From Eledone cirrhosa (taxonomy: Eukaryota): DNA of 64,000 nucleotides. Below the pieces are notes generated by a model, which made no database searches, was not told the origin of the DNA, and saw only the letters and a list, made by a program, of their open reading frames with translations. This document shows positions 1-12,725 of the stretch, piece by piece. The stretch's first letter is position 1; each line of letters opens with the position of its first letter. The stretch lies in assembly GCA_964016885.1 (NCBI GenBank), contig OZ024741.1, positions 355,508,001-355,572,000 on the forward strand, given 5' to 3'. A program made the translations under genes and the position numbers.

Positions 1-269
1 GGTGTATAACGAGTGGTAACCACAGTTAAAGAAATCACTCAGTACAGTAGTAGAGTATAGGCATATTTTATTTTATTATAGAAATGACTTCTACAATAAA
101 ATATATGTGTGTGTGTAAGTGCATGTGTGTGTATGTATATATTTATACATGGGTATCTTTGTGTATACTGGTCTAAATCAGTGTAAATTCTTTGTGGTTT
201 CTCCTTAACTTTGAGGGGAAGTAACTTAGTTTTGTTGATCACTATATATCGATTAATAAGTAGGTAATG

Positions 270-435
270 AAGGTGGTGAATTGGCAGAGTCATTAGAATG
301 TCAGATAGAATACTTTGTGGTATTCATTTTGGCTCTCAGCCCTCAGCTCTCTGAGTTCATATCCCACTGAGGTCAACTTTATTTTTCATCCATTCGAGGT
401 TGATAAAAAAGAACCACTCTAGTACTGGAGTCGAT
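270..435 (+). mobile_element. tRNA-derived SINE (abundant family with GCCTTTCATCC...GATAAAATAAAGTACC core)
   Basis: ggtggtgaattggcagagtcattag A-box-like head, gagttcatatcc B-box, core homologous to the copies at 56860 and 57838. Boundaries approximate. Confidence 0.7.
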
Positions 436-1049
436 TCTTCTCTACATCTCTTTCTCACTTCCTCTCTCTCACTCTTTATCCTTCTCTGAAAGAAATATTC
501 TGTATTCAGACGTGGAGAGGGATGGGCACCACCAGGTTTAAAAAATGCCCTAGAAATTCTGTATGTCAATATGACTCCCTCAGGATTTACGGGACCTTAC
601 AAACCATACAAGTAGGTAATGCTAAAATAAGTACCAAACTAAGTACTGCAATCGATATAATTAACTAAAGTCTTTGAAAGAGGTGCCCCACTATGACTAC
701 AGTGCAATGACTGAAAGTAGCAACTGATATCAACAAGCATTTCAAAGCCATTTTATGCTAAAGCAGGGATGAGCCTTGCAGGGTCCATGAAAAGCTTCAC
801 ACTCAAAATGGACTCACTTTTTGAGGCAATGTTTTATGGCCAGATGCCCTTCCTGGTACCATGTATTTTAGTTGCATCTTATGACACAGTGATATGGTGT
901 ATCTATTCTTAATGGAGTTGTAAGGGTGTTGTTCTGACAAATGGAGTGTTTTGGACATTTTAAGCCTAGTAGAGCAGATTCCTCTTCCGGTTGAAGCACA
1001 GTCAATTTCTTCCAGAGAAAGAAAGAATGGAAAAGAAATACAGGGAAAG

Positions 1050-1190
1050 ATTTGACCTCAATACTGGATTGGTACTTTATTCATTGACGTCAAAAGGATG
1101 AAAAGCAATGTTGACCTCAGCAGGATTTGAACTCAGAATGCAGTATTTTTAATCCAACACCCTAACGACTCTGCCAGTTCACTTCCCTTC
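1050..1190 (-). mobile_element. tRNA-derived SINE, same family
   Basis: ggtactttat...aaggatgaaaagcaatgttgacctcagcaggatttgaactcag is the reverse complement of the SINE head and core. Confidence 0.7.
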
Positions 1191-1255
1191 AGCAATAAAG
1201 CAAAACAAAACAAAACAAAAAACATAAGAAAATCAACAGAAGGCTGAACACTTAC

Positions 1256-1390
1256 TGCAAATCTTTCCAGCAAGGCCATCAGGGCAATAACAGAAGAAAT
1301 CATCGATCCAGTCAATACAAATAGCTTTGGCATGGCATTTATTTGGGTTGCAATCATCAATGTTCGTCTCACAGAGATTTCCAGTGAAAC
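1256..1390 (-). CDS. Multi-EGF protein exon (end of EGF18, EGF19); gene continues left of the window
   Basis: gacag|GT TTC ACT...TGC A|gtaag; 135 bp, phase 1-1; GFTGNLCETNIDDCNPNKCHAKAICIDWIDDFFCYCPDGLAGKIC. Confidence 0.92.
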
Positions 1391-1499
1391 CTGTCATGAT
1401 ATTGGAGTTGTGAAAGAGAGTCATTTTGGTAATATCACATGACTATATTTGAGATAAATGAATATGTGAAGAAAATATATGACTGTCTGTTGTATATGT

Positions 1500-2000
1500 G
1501 GGGTTATAAGTGGCAAACTGGAAGTAACAGAAGCTGTGACATCATGTGAGTGGAGGGGCAAAACAAGAGGCCCTCTTTCTTCATATAGATTTGTAGTTAG
1601 TACACGAGTGTCTGTAAGTTTGAGTGAAACCTGGGATTTCTCAGAAAATCCTGAGTTTCACACAAGCTTAACCCTTTATGATTTAAACCGGCCATATCCG
1701 GCCAGAATTCTTTCACCTTTTTCTGTTCCAACTGACCGTGACCGGCCACTCCTACTGATGTTAGAGTATTCTCAAAATGAATAATTTCAAAATCTCATAT
1801 ATTCCATATTATGTGAGATAATTATGTGAGGTAAAGCCTTTACTGTGAAAATTCAATAGTAAATATAGAGTAATGTAAATTCTAAAGGGTTAAAGACACG
1901 TCCACTCACATCAAATCCACACAAAGAAAGTGACCCTCTCGTTTTGCCCTTCCACTCATGTAACATCACTGATCCTGTTATTTCCATAAGTCCACAGTAT
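1500..2000. repeat. Older palindromic (MITE/foldback-like) element hosting the piggyBac MITE
   Basis: ~1510-1612 is a diverged inverted repeat of ~1893-1995 (shared gagtgga-gggcaaaac-agagg motif); internal hairpin at 1624-1661. Confidence 0.55.
1672..1889. mobile_element. piggyBac-type MITE
   Basis: TTAA on both sides (1668-1671, 1890-1893); TIR CCCTTTAtgATTTAaA / CCCTTTAgaATTTAcA; no ORF. Confidence 0.75.
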
Positions 2001-2346
2001 ATGTTTATTTTTAGTGTGGTTTTATTTTTAGAATACATTTTATCAGTTAAGGAGTCAGTGGCATAGTTGAGGTGGAGTGGAATGCATGGGGGATTTCCAC
2101 CCTGGATGAAACTTTTAAGGGGTGGCACTTTTGGGCTTATTGTATGTATTTGCCCGGTGGCAAACTCAAAGGATGCCCTAGGTGACACACACTCTAGCTA
2201 TGTCACTGTAAGGAGAGAGAATGCCCATGCCTTTTTACAAGCCCTTCCACAGGGGTTGATGTGGTAGATATGCAAGATTAAATGGAATGAAAACTACCAG
2301 TAGAAAAGGAATCCCCAACTTTAATCAAGAGAGAAATCAAACTGAC

Positions 2347-2500
2347 CTTTCATACATTTGCAGATATACCCATTAACTTTGTCGATACATATACCGTCGT
2401 GCTGGCAAGGGTTACTTAAGCACTCATTAATATTCGCCTCACACCTCTGGCCTTTGAAACCTGGTTTGCAGTGGCATTTGTATTCTGATGCATTCAGTTG
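2347..2500 (-). CDS. Multi-EGF protein exon (EGF17-18), absent from the ORF track
   Basis: accag|CAA CTG...AAA G|gtcagt; 154 bp, phase 0-1; QLNASEYKCHCKPGFKGQRCEANINECLSNPCQHDGICIDKVNGYICKCMK. Confidence 0.93.
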
Positions 2501-3823
2501 CTGGTGTAATTTTCAAGTGAAAATAGAAAAATAAAAAGCAGGTGAGAGAGAGAGGAAGGGAGAAAGAGATACAAAGACAAACAAGATAAAATAAATAAGA
2601 AAATATAATAAATTATCAGAACATTGGATAAAATGCTTTACAGTGTTCATTCTGGCTATGAGTGCTCTGAGTTCAAATCTTGCTCAAGTCAAATTTGCCT
2701 TACATCCTTTCAAGGCCGATAAAAAAAAGTACCAGTCCAGTACTGGGTTGATTCTTTCTCTATATCTTTTTATCACTTCCTCTCCTCCTTTCTCTCTCTC
2801 CTTCATTGGAAAAAATCAGCTGTGTTCAAAGTTAGAGAAGGGATGGGTTCCATCAGGTTTGAAATGTCCCAAGACATGCCATTTGTCACTATTGTGCCCC
2901 TATGACTCAATCAGGAGTTAAAGGTCCTTATTTACATAACCTCAGATTTATGGAAGAGAGGATGCAGGCATAGCCAAATGGTTAAGAAGTTTACTTCACA
3001 ATCATGTTTTAGGTTCTGCATAGTATTTTGAGTAAATATCTTTTACCATGGCCTTTGTTTGAACCAAGCCTTATAAGTAAAATTGGGATAACAATTGGTA
3101 CCTTCTTGGGATTGGAAAAAGATAAAAACCGTGTAACAAAAAAAAAAATTTTCTCTGTTCCTGGCTTGTAATCACTTTTTTTCTATTGCTTAGGTCCCAA
3201 ATATAAAAAAAAAGTGCTATTAAACAGTTAAAGTTTGGGTTTGTAAAAATTCTAAGTTATTCACTAGAATTATTTGTATGCTAGATTTTACGTTGTATGT
3301 AAGTTTAATTTGCTTATGTTAAATTATTTTTTTTATATATGTTTCAGGTTAAATTAAAATTATAAAATAAAGAGTAATACCTAAAGAAAATTATAAAAGT
3401 GCAATAAAGTATAAAATTGTTAAAAAGTGGATTAAAGAGATTTATTGATACTGGATTTTCGCACCCTGAATAAAGGGTAAGTTGTGTTTTAAGCATTCGT
3501 CTCCAGGATGAAGCAGTGGAACTTGGTCAAGAAGGAAATGCAGGTGACAAGTCAGAGAAGTCGACACAAACCTTTCTCAGGCTTTTACACTCTTAGCGAT
3601 GGCCTCTGCTTCTGCCATGACGTGCCTGGACTGTTTGACGTTATTGGGGTGCTGTTTGTGCTCAAGGAGTGGCGGCTATTTATAGACAGCTCCACCGCAA
3701 GTTTGAAGGCTGTCCTCCTCCACAATGGAAACAAGTTCCCGACACTGCCCCTAGCTGATTCAGTCTGCCTGAAGGAAGATTACTACAGTGTGAAAGTCCT
3801 CTTGGAAGCTCTGCAATACAACC

Positions 3824-4093
3824 AGTGGGTATGGTGCGGTGTGCGGTGGCCGGAAGCTGGGGAGTGCTCAACCGGAAGAGTGCTTGACCGGAAGGGTGCT
3901 TGGCCGGAAGGGTGCTCGACCGGAAGGGCCAGCAGATCGGTCTCTCTCTAGTGGTGACCAGGAACGGTGTGGACGCGAGCTTGGCAGCTCCCGGGTGTTA
4001 ATGAGTTGGACGTATGTGGAAGAGGAGAAACCAGCCTTGGGATTTAGCGGCGCCTATGAAAAGCGGTAAGTGAGAGAGCTTTTTCTAACCACA
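3824..4093 (+). repeat. 5' LTR
   Basis: (A)GTGGG...CCACA; about 11 differences from the 3' LTR by manual count. Confidence 0.93.
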
Positions 4094-4233
4094 TGCTATT
4101 TCGGCACTGGAAATTGAGATCTGATTGAAAAAAAAAAAAAAAAAAAAAAAACTTTCTCGAAAACAAAGCTACTGGAAAAACTGAGAGGAGTCTGTTGTTT
4201 TTTAAAATTACGTACCGCAAGACAAATTAGGAT

Positions 4234-4980
4234 ATGGCGACGAGACTACGAACGAGCGAAGCGATTAGGGCATTTACCGGTGAAGGCGATGTTGTCGCTT
4301 GGCTGCGAAAAGTCCGGCTGGTCGCAAGCTTACAGAAGATAGAAGATGTGGCTGGCCTCATGGCACTGTACGTCGAGGGGGACGTGTTGGTACTCTTCCT
4401 TGAGTTAGATGAACACAGCCAAAGGGATGTGCAAAAGATTGAGAGGTGCATGATGGAAGCGTTCGCAGAGGGACCGTTAGCCGCTTTTGCAAAGCTTGCA
4501 AGAATTAGATGGAACGGTGAACGCGTTGACGAAATACGGCGATTGGCCACGTTGGCTGGATATCAGGTGGAATGCGAACGCACGGTGCGGTTGGCGTTCA
4601 TAAATGGATTCCCAGACGACATAGCGGTGAAACTGCAGCAAGTCCCGGGTTACAAAGAAATGGAGATGTATTCACTGGTGGAACAAGCCCGGATCATAGC
4701 AGAAGATGCCAAGAAGAGTGTCGTGGCGATAGCAACTACAGAGGCTCAAGACAGCTGGCAGCGAAATGGTGAAAGGGAGGCAACCACGGCACGCGGTCGC
4801 CCGCGAACGTTTAGAGGTCGCTATTTTAGGTGCCAGGGCCCGCACATGGCGAGAGACTGTAGAGAATCAAGGCCGGAAATAATATGCTACCGGTGTAAGT
4901 GACCAGGCCACATTGCTACTAACTGCGACCAGGGAAACGATCCAAGGGGAACTACTGCGCTGGTAGTTGCCTCTTACGAG
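4234..4980 (+). pseudogene. gag: Gag with two CCHC knuckles (degenerate, stop at 4900)
   Basis: YFRCQGPHMARDC and CYRCK*PGHIATNC. Confidence 0.85.
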
Positions 4981-4994
4981 TAGCGGTTCTGCCT

Positions 4995-7660
4995 GTGGTG
5001 GAAGTCTTCGTGAGGGGAAAGCCACAGCGAACCCTCGTGGACACGGGCTGTACGACGACACTGGTGACCGCGGGGGTGGCGCAGAGGTGGAGCGAGAAGA
5101 GCAGCATAAGGGCAGTCGATGGCAGGAAAATTGAATGCCGAGGTCGCAGCGAGGTGGAGATGGCGGTACGGGGAAGGAAAATAAGGCTTTCTGCCATCGT
5201 AGTTGACAACGAGGTGGATGGGATCGGCGTGGTTATGGGCATGGACGCAATTGGCCGTCTAGGAGGCATCACAGTGAACAACGTCGGTGTGTCATTTGGC
5301 GGTGATGCATCGGTATGCGCTGTGAGTACGCGACAGGAGAACCAGAAGGCCCACAAGGAGAGATACCCCGCTTGCACTGTGCAGGACAAAGACTTCAAGG
5401 CCTTGTTCGTTGGGCAGCGATGGGTTGTTGAGTGGTACTGAAAGGGTGAACCACCAACACTGAAGACCAAAGTGGGCTGCTATCAACACACATTGAAGGG
5501 AGACATTAGGAGCAAATTCGAGCGAGAGGTAGAGAGATGGATTGAGGAGGGCATACTGCTTCCCTGGAAAGAGGAGGTGAAGTGCGGAGTATTGCTGTTA
5601 ATGGCGGTGACGCAACCCACGAAGAACAAGGTGAGGCCGCTGCTGGACTTTCGGGGGCTGAACAAGCACGTGTCATGCCACACGGGTGGCGAGGTCACGG
5701 ATGTCTGTGGGGAAACCCTGCGTGAGTGGAGACGCAATCGTAGATCTAAAGTCGGCATACTTGCAATTGCATATAGATGAGAAGCTCTGGCAGTATCAGC
5801 TGGTCAGGTATAAGGGCCGGACATATTGCCTGACCAGGCTCGGTTTCGGGCTTTGCTCCGCACCGAAGATCATGGCGGTGGTCCTCAAGTCCATTCTGGG
5901 AAAGGCCGACAAGATGAACCGGGCCACTAACTCCTACATTGACGACATCCTAGTGGACGAGTCTGTAGTGTCGGCGGCGAAGGTCACAAGCCATTTAGAA
6001 GGGTATGGACTGGCTGCAAAGCCGTCAGAAGCATTGGAGGGAGGAGCCGCGCTGGGACTTAGGCTACGGCGAGACAGGACGGGCGTCTTGGTATTCCAGA
6101 GGGGAAATGAAGGTCCAGAACTGGGCTCAAGTATGAGTAGGCGGGAGCTTTTCTCTGTGTGTGGAAAGTTGGTGGGTCACTACCCGATTGCCGGGTGGCT
6201 CCGGACGGCATGCAGCTATGTCAAGAGACGAGCGGGAGGGGTGACTTGGAGTGACAGAGTGGGAGAGAGGATGGTGGCCATGATGCAGGAGATCGTGGAG
6301 AGGGTGAAGGCCGATGACCCAGTGCGGGGACGCTGGTATGTTCCCAAATCGCAGAGCGGGACCGTATGGTGCGATGCCAGCAGCATAGCGCTGGGTGTCA
6401 CGTTGGAGATAGGAGGTGTTGAGGTCGAGGATGCAGCCTGGCTTAGGAAGAAGGACGACTGCAACCACATCAATGTGGCCGAGCTGGACGCGGTGTTGAG
6501 AGGGGTGAACCTCGCCCTGAGGTGGGGACTGCCAACCATCGAGATACGCACTGACTTGGCTACTGTACTCGGATGGGTGAGATCAGTGCTCACCAGTGAG
6601 AAGAGAGTGCGAACGAGAGGGGCGGTGGAGATGCTGATAAAGTGCCGCCTGGGAACTTTAGGAGAGCTGGCCACCGAGTTCGACCTGAGGCTGAGCGTAG
6701 TTTTCGTGCCCTCAGAGAAAAATAGGGCGGACGTCTTAATCAGGGTGAAGAAAGCCTGGATGGAAGTGCCGGAAGAGGTAGAAGATGAGATAGCTGCCGT
6801 GTGTCGGCTGACCGAGTTGGATCTGAAAGGGTTGCATGACATGCACCACATGGGAGTGGATAGGACCCTGTTCCTAGCCAGGAGAATCGACTCGGACGTT
6901 AACAGACACAGTGTTCAAAGGGTGGTTAGAGGCTGCGTCCGATGTCAGTCCATTGATTCCGCCCCGGGTGTGCACAAAACGGGAAGCCTCCCGGTGGATC
7001 GCGACTGGAAGCGATTGGCAGTGGATGTAACGCACTACCAACAGGGAACATGCCTCTCGATGGTCGACTGTGGACCAGGACGGATGGCGATATGGAGGGA
7101 GATGAAGACTGGAACGGCCGGGGAAATCATGCGGACGTTGAGAGAGGTGTTCTTGGAGCGGGGTCCTGTGGACGAACTGCTGATGGACAACAGCGCAGCG
7201 TTCCGCTTGGAGGCGCTGAGGGAGATGCTCGATGGATGGAAGGTGAACCGTTTCTTCAGAGCAGCACACAGGCCGAGCGGGAATGGAATTGTGGAGCGAC
7301 ACCACCGGACGATCAAGGCAATGGCGGAGCGGGGCCATATCTCACCAATGGAGGCAGTGTTCTGGTACAACATGTCCTCTCGGGTGGGACAGGTTGAGGA
7401 ATTGGTGCCACACAGAGTAATATTCAGATACGAGTGGTGGCACCCGTGCACGCCACCACAACAGCCAGTGGGGAGAGAGAATGCATTCGTGCAGGTGGGC
7501 GAAGAAGTCTAGGTTAAGTCCCCAGATGCACGTTGCACATCTCAATGGGGAAGGGGAACGGTGACGGCCATAAATTCCCAGAACAATGTGTCCGTGGACG
7601 GAGTACCACGTCATGTCCTGGATGTCCGTAGAATTACTGCGTCAACGGACTCCGAGGAAG
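4995..7660 (+). pseudogene. pol: Pol (protease, RT, RNase H, integrase) with stops and frameshifts
   Basis: LVDTGC (PR); IVDLKSAY, LGFGL, YIDD (RT); WCDASS/ELDAV (RH); H..H..CVRC, VDV, MDN, NGIVER (IN); stops at 5439 and 7510; frameshift near 5740. Confidence 0.9.
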
Positions 7661-7788
7661 AGGAAACTTAAAGTGCTGCCCCAACACCGCGGAGATCGCA
7701 AAGAAGTCGCAAACCACCAACCTGGACAGCAGACTTTCATATGCAGAAGGACGAGGGGGAAATTGATCCTTGAAATCATGGGGGGGCG

Positions 7789-8058
7789 TGTGGGTATGGT
7801 GCAGTGTGCGGTGGCCGGAAGCTGGGGAGTGCTCGACCGGAAGAGTGCTTGACCGGAAGGGTGCTTGGCCGGAAGGGTGCTCGACCGGAAGGGCCAGCAG
7901 GTCGGTCTCTCTCTAGTGATGACCAGGAACGGTGTGGACGCAAGCTTGGCAGCTCCCGGGTGTTAATGAGTTGGACGCACGTGGAAAAGGAGAAACCAGC
8001 CTTGGGATTTAGCGCCGCCTATGAAAAGCGGTAAGTGAGATAGCTTTTTCTAACCACA
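7789..8058 (+). repeat. 3' LTR
   Basis: TGTGG...CCACA termini; direct repeat of 3824-4093. Confidence 0.93.
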
Positions 8059-9109
8059 CAACCAGTACAATTATGAAATCATTGGAGACTTCAAGATAGT
8101 GGCTTTCCTGCTTGGACTCCAAAGAGCCTTTATCAAATTCCAATGCTTCCTCTGTCTTTGGGACAGCAGAGCCACCTCTGACCACTACAAAAGAAAGAAC
8201 TGGGAGCAGCGATCAGAATTTGTAGTTGGGACCCGGAACGTCATGTGGGAGCCACTGGTTGATACCAGGATTGTGTTCATGCCGCCACTGCACATTAAGT
8301 TGGGGTTGATGAAGTTTGTGAAGGCTCTCAACCAAGAATCAGCCACTTTTAAGTACCTTCTTGAGTTCTTCCCCAAGTTATCTGAGGCCAAAATCAAAGG
8401 TGGAATTTTTGTTGGACCTCAGATAAAGAAGGTGTTTGAGTCTACCGAGTTCTCCAATAAGCTCAATAGGATTGAGAGAACAGTATGGAACTGTTTCAAA
8501 GCAGTTGTTAAGGGCTTCCTGGGCAACTACAGAGCTGAAAACTACCAGCAACTGGTGCAGGATCTGATAAAGGCTTTTGGTGCCATGGGATGCAGGATGT
8601 CGCTTAAACTCCATATGCTGGACGCTCACCTGGAAAAATTCAAGGACAATATAGGCACCTACTCAGAAGAACAAGGCGAACGATTCCACCAAGATGTGAA
8701 AGAGATAGAGCGGAGGTACTAGGGCCACTACAATGAAAAAATGATGGGGGATTATATGTGGGGGCTAGTGCGGGAATGCGACCTGGACTACAACTGCAAA
8801 TCCAAGAAATCCAGTCATTTCTGACGTGTATAAGTTGCTTTATAACTGTTATTTGTTTTTACTTGTTTGCTTTTGATAAGCTTGTGTAATAAAATAAATA
8901 TATACTCTGTTGATTTAATTATATGAACTGATAAATTTTTAAATAATGTGTTTTTTCTTGAAAAATATGAAAATTTCGAAATATCAAACTCCTGACCACA
9001 AACCCAAACTTCTGATTAAATAATAGTGTTTTTTTTATAATAATGGGATATAACAAACCATGAAATGACACTTAGAACCGGGGAACAAAAAATATGTTAC
9101 ACGGTGATA

Positions 9110-10560
9110 ATTTCACTGCTGCTCCTACTACACACTATTCTGTGCATCTGCTACATGCAAAATCTCTCTTTTCTGTTTGTCAGTCTACAATCCCTCTATA
9201 CTTCTTGTGTACCCAAGATTTACATTATATACATTGTATAGAGTTCCTACTTACTCCTTTTATACATATTGAGCATGACCACTTCCCTGATTGAATTGGT
9301 GTCTTGTTCTTTTTTCTACTGGCTAAAACTTTCATCATTGCTAGGTTTACTTTAAGCCCTTCTAATTCTAAGTTCTGTTTCCACAGTAGGAATTTCTTCT
9401 GTAGCTCTTCCACTGATTCAGCTTTAAGCACCGGGTCACCAGCATACAGAAGTTTCCATGGACAGCCAGCCTTAAACTCCTCTGTTATGGCTTCGAGAAC
9501 TATAATAATCAGGAGTAATTGATGAACACCTACCTGCACATTGAATTCCTCACTAAACTCATTACCTAATCTCACTTTACTGGCAGCATCTCTGTACAGA
9601 ACTTGCACTGACTACATGAGTCATTCATCTACATCCAGTTTCTTTAAAGACCACCAGATAACAGAACATGGTACTCTGTCAAAGGCCCTTTTCAGATCTA
9701 CAAAATCTAGATATAGTGGTTTACACTTAGAAAATTCTCTTGCAGTTTTTTGTTTTACTAAGAAGAGAACATCTATGGTCCTCCTTCCTGGCACAAAACC
9801 AAACTACATCTCATCTAATTTGACTATTTCCCTAATTAGTTGAGCTCACACGTTTTTCATTACTTTCATAACTTGAAAGTTTAATGCCTCTGTAGCTGCT
9901 CCTTTCTAGTGTATCTCCTTTTCCCTTTAACAGTTGAGGATTATACTGTTACACCAGTCAAAGATATGGCACCATCATGTATGACTGATTATGCAGGTGA
10001 ATAGCTTGACTCCTACTTTCACAAAAGATTTTAATACTTCAGCAACTATTACTGATGGTCAAATGGCTTTACCATTTTTCATTTCCCTGATTGCTTCTTT
10101 GACCCTGTAACTGTAGATTTGGTTGAGTCTACTGGTGGTACCCCTTTTCTTCTCTCTCTCATTCTCCACATTCATTAATCTCTCATAGGAGCTTCGTTCT
10201 TCTAAGTGTCAATAAGGCTAAGTGCCTTTGTCATTCTGAATACATTTCTCCCCCAACATCATCCTGATTTACTCAAACACATTGCTTCACTAGGCAGAAC
10301 ACCCTCATGTTGTTCATCCTCACATTGCAGCACATTAGAAAACCTCTTGCTTTCTGCTTCTCTAGATGCTGAGTAAATCTGTTGCCTAGCTTTTCTCTTA
10401 GCTACTTGATATTGCTCTTTGCTGCCATTTTTCCAGTCTTTCTATGTCCGACTTTTAGCTTGAATAACTCTATCTTACAGTAATGTTCCCCTACCAAGTC
10501 ATTTTTCTTCTGGCTGGTTCCTTGTTCCAGCCATGGATCTCATCATTAGCCAGAAGCAGG
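9110..10560 (-). mobile_element. Decayed RTE-clade LINE fragment
   Basis: SKVRLGNEFSEEFNVQVGVHQ, GCPWKLLY, GKWSCSICIKGV; homologous to 61945-64000. Confidence 0.85.
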
Positions 10561-10834
10561 TTGTCCAATAATGATTTCTACATTAAGCACAAGGTGAGCA
10601 ATTTTGAAGAAAAGGAAAAGTTGATTATATTGACCCCAGTGTTTTATTGGTTCATCAATTTATTGACCCCTAAAAAGATGACTTAGTTGACCTAAGTGGA
10701 ATCAGAACATAAAGTGCTAAAACTAAATACTACAAGGCATTTTATACAATGCTCTAATGATTCAGCTAACCAAACCAATAATAACACAATTGTTATTATA
10801 TTAATGCAACAAAACTGGTTGTAATAGTTCTTAC

Positions 10835-10878
10835 CTCACATGTTCCTCTGTTCAAACACTTGTTGTGGCAAATCTTCT
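10835..10878 (-). CDS. Multi-EGF protein 44-bp exon (first half of EGF17), absent from the ORF track
   Basis: ttctag|AG AAG ATT TGC...TGT GAG|gtaag; (E)KICHNKCLNRGTCE; phase 1-0, exactly bridging the neighbouring exons. Confidence 0.88.
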
Positions 10879-10989
10879 CTAGAATGGAAACAACAATTAC
10901 ATTATGGATTACAAACTAATCAAATAGACGGATCCTCCATATATGTATGTGATTATTTCTACTGCTTAACTCTTTTTTTTTTAACCCAA

Positions 10990-11195
10990 GCCTAAAGACT
11001 CATCATGGTTTTCTGAGAAATCAAACCACCCATCTTGAACAAGATGTCAGTCCATCACAGGGTTGACTCCCAGCCAATGCCAGTACTCATTTTCAACTGA
11101 GTGTACAGGAGCAGCATGAAATGAAGTGTTTTGTATCTAGGAATCGAACCCATGAAATTATGATCATAAGTACAACACCTTAACCACTAGACCAC
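10990..11195 (-). mobile_element. tRNA-derived SINE of a second family (a related copy at ~11820-12055)
   Basis: Minus strand reads tggtctagtggttaagg...gggttcgattcc (A and B boxes) followed by an aaaatgagtac core. Confidence 0.6.
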
Positions 11196-12608
11196 ATGTC
11201 TTCATTTACTCAACTCCTAACATACAGTAATGAATTAGCAGAAAATATATAAAAATGGGCATAATAATTCAAATGTTTATAGTGTTTACTAGTAGATAGA
11301 ATGTTGTGAAAATTTGCATTAAACTAAAATAAAGACTTTAATACTTAATATGATGCAGTTGTTGTGCTGTTTTATACTTTTCAAGAATACCTTACTAATC
11401 AGCTTCATGTAGTACAGGGTGTTAAGATATAATTAGTGTGGACAGGTATAGTATATATGTCACACACATATAGACATGCAGACACACAAAGGCATATACA
11501 CAAATGCATCCAGACAGAACCACAAATACACATATACACACATGCACACTCACTTACACACACACACACAAAATTCACATATATATATACAATAACCAAA
11601 AGAAAGTAATATATATATATCATCATCATCATCATCGTTTAACTTCCATTTTCCATGCTAGCATAGGTTGGACGGGTCGTCCCATTTGAGGTAAGTTGGG
11701 TCAGGTCCCTGTGTCTTACTGACTGTTTCTGGCTTGGCTATATATATATATGTATATATATAACAAAATATGAATAAAGCATATGCATGTGAAAAAGTTG
11801 AAAAGTTTCTCAAGCTTAGAAGTCCATCAGACTGGAGCTTATCCTGGTTTTCTGTGACAAAAATTACCCATGGATGGGATGCCAGTTAAAAGTAAGGTTA
11901 ATCCCAGCAGTTTGATGTATTCATTTTCAGTTGAGAGAGCTGTAGCAATTTGAAATGAAGTGTCTTGTTTAAGGAATCAATGTGCAACCCTGTCCAGGAA
12001 TTGATCCTAAGATTTTATGATCATGAAACCAATACTCTAACAACTAGGCCACTTGTCTTGATTGCTGACAGAGTTAAGTTGTTCTTACTTTGTAATTCTG
12101 ATTTACAGATATTTAGGTTGATTAGACCATTTGAAGGGTACATGGCTGGGCCCAAAACTCAAAAGTCTGAAGCAATGCTTGCAGATTGGATTTGAACTCA
12201 CAACAACATAGTCCTTAGTATGATATCACAGCATGTTACATTAACCAAGTGTCTTCAACCCTGGACTGGATTAAGTCCTATTGAGGCCCTAAGTACTTAT
12301 AAGATTATAGTGCTTTACATATACAAAGCCTGTGTCCCACCCCCAAAAAGATTTTTTTGAATGACAAATACATTCAATATGAATAAAATAGCGCTCTTTT
12401 CCATGTTGATGCTCTAAGAAGGTGATTATTTTGCTTAATGCTAGATCCAGCCCTGCTCCAACCATAGCCTTGACCAAATCCTCGTGTGGCAGATTTAGTA
12501 GACAGTCTAGAGATTGATCTCATGACCTGATGATCATGAGACCATGAATACTTTAACTACTAGCCATGCACCTTCTTGTGAAGACGGTTAGAATGATATT
12601 TTACTTAC

Positions 12609-12725
12609 CTTGCTCACATCGGATACCATAGTAACCAGTTTGACACTTGCATTTAAAACTGCCAGGAACATCTTCTTTACAGAAGCCACCATTTTGACAA
12701 GGTTGTGAGAGACATTCCTGGATAT
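12609..12725 (-). CDS. Multi-EGF protein exon (EGF16)
   Basis: ttctag|AT ATC CAG...CAA G|gtaagt; 117 bp, phase 1-1; [16 protein letters not shown]...CEQ. Confidence 0.94.

Larger units (their letters stand above)
3824..8058 (+). mobile_element. Full-length Ty3/Gypsy LTR retrotransposon
   Basis: Two 270-bp LTRs; 5-bp TSD CAACC (3819-3823, 8059-8063); G-run PPT before the 3' LTR; gag-PR-RT-RH-IN order. Confidence 0.95.
3127..9106 (+). mobile_element. Chapaev3-like (CMC superfamily) DNA transposon derivative, interrupted by an LTR element at 3824-8063
   Basis: Termini (a)ACCGTGTAACA...TGTTACACGGTG. Transposase remnants WRLFIDSS..SLKAVLLHNGNK (3508-3823) and CFLCLWDSR, PPLHIKLGLMK, GIFVGPQI, SEEQGERFHQD (8064-8823), with stops. 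Family call is from recalled motifs, not a search. Confidence 0.8.

Noticed and set aside
5292-7614. Antisense and overlapping ORFs within the Gypsy, Tx1, R4 and RTE elements
   Set aside because: They are shadow frames of GC-richer coding sequence with no recognisable domains.
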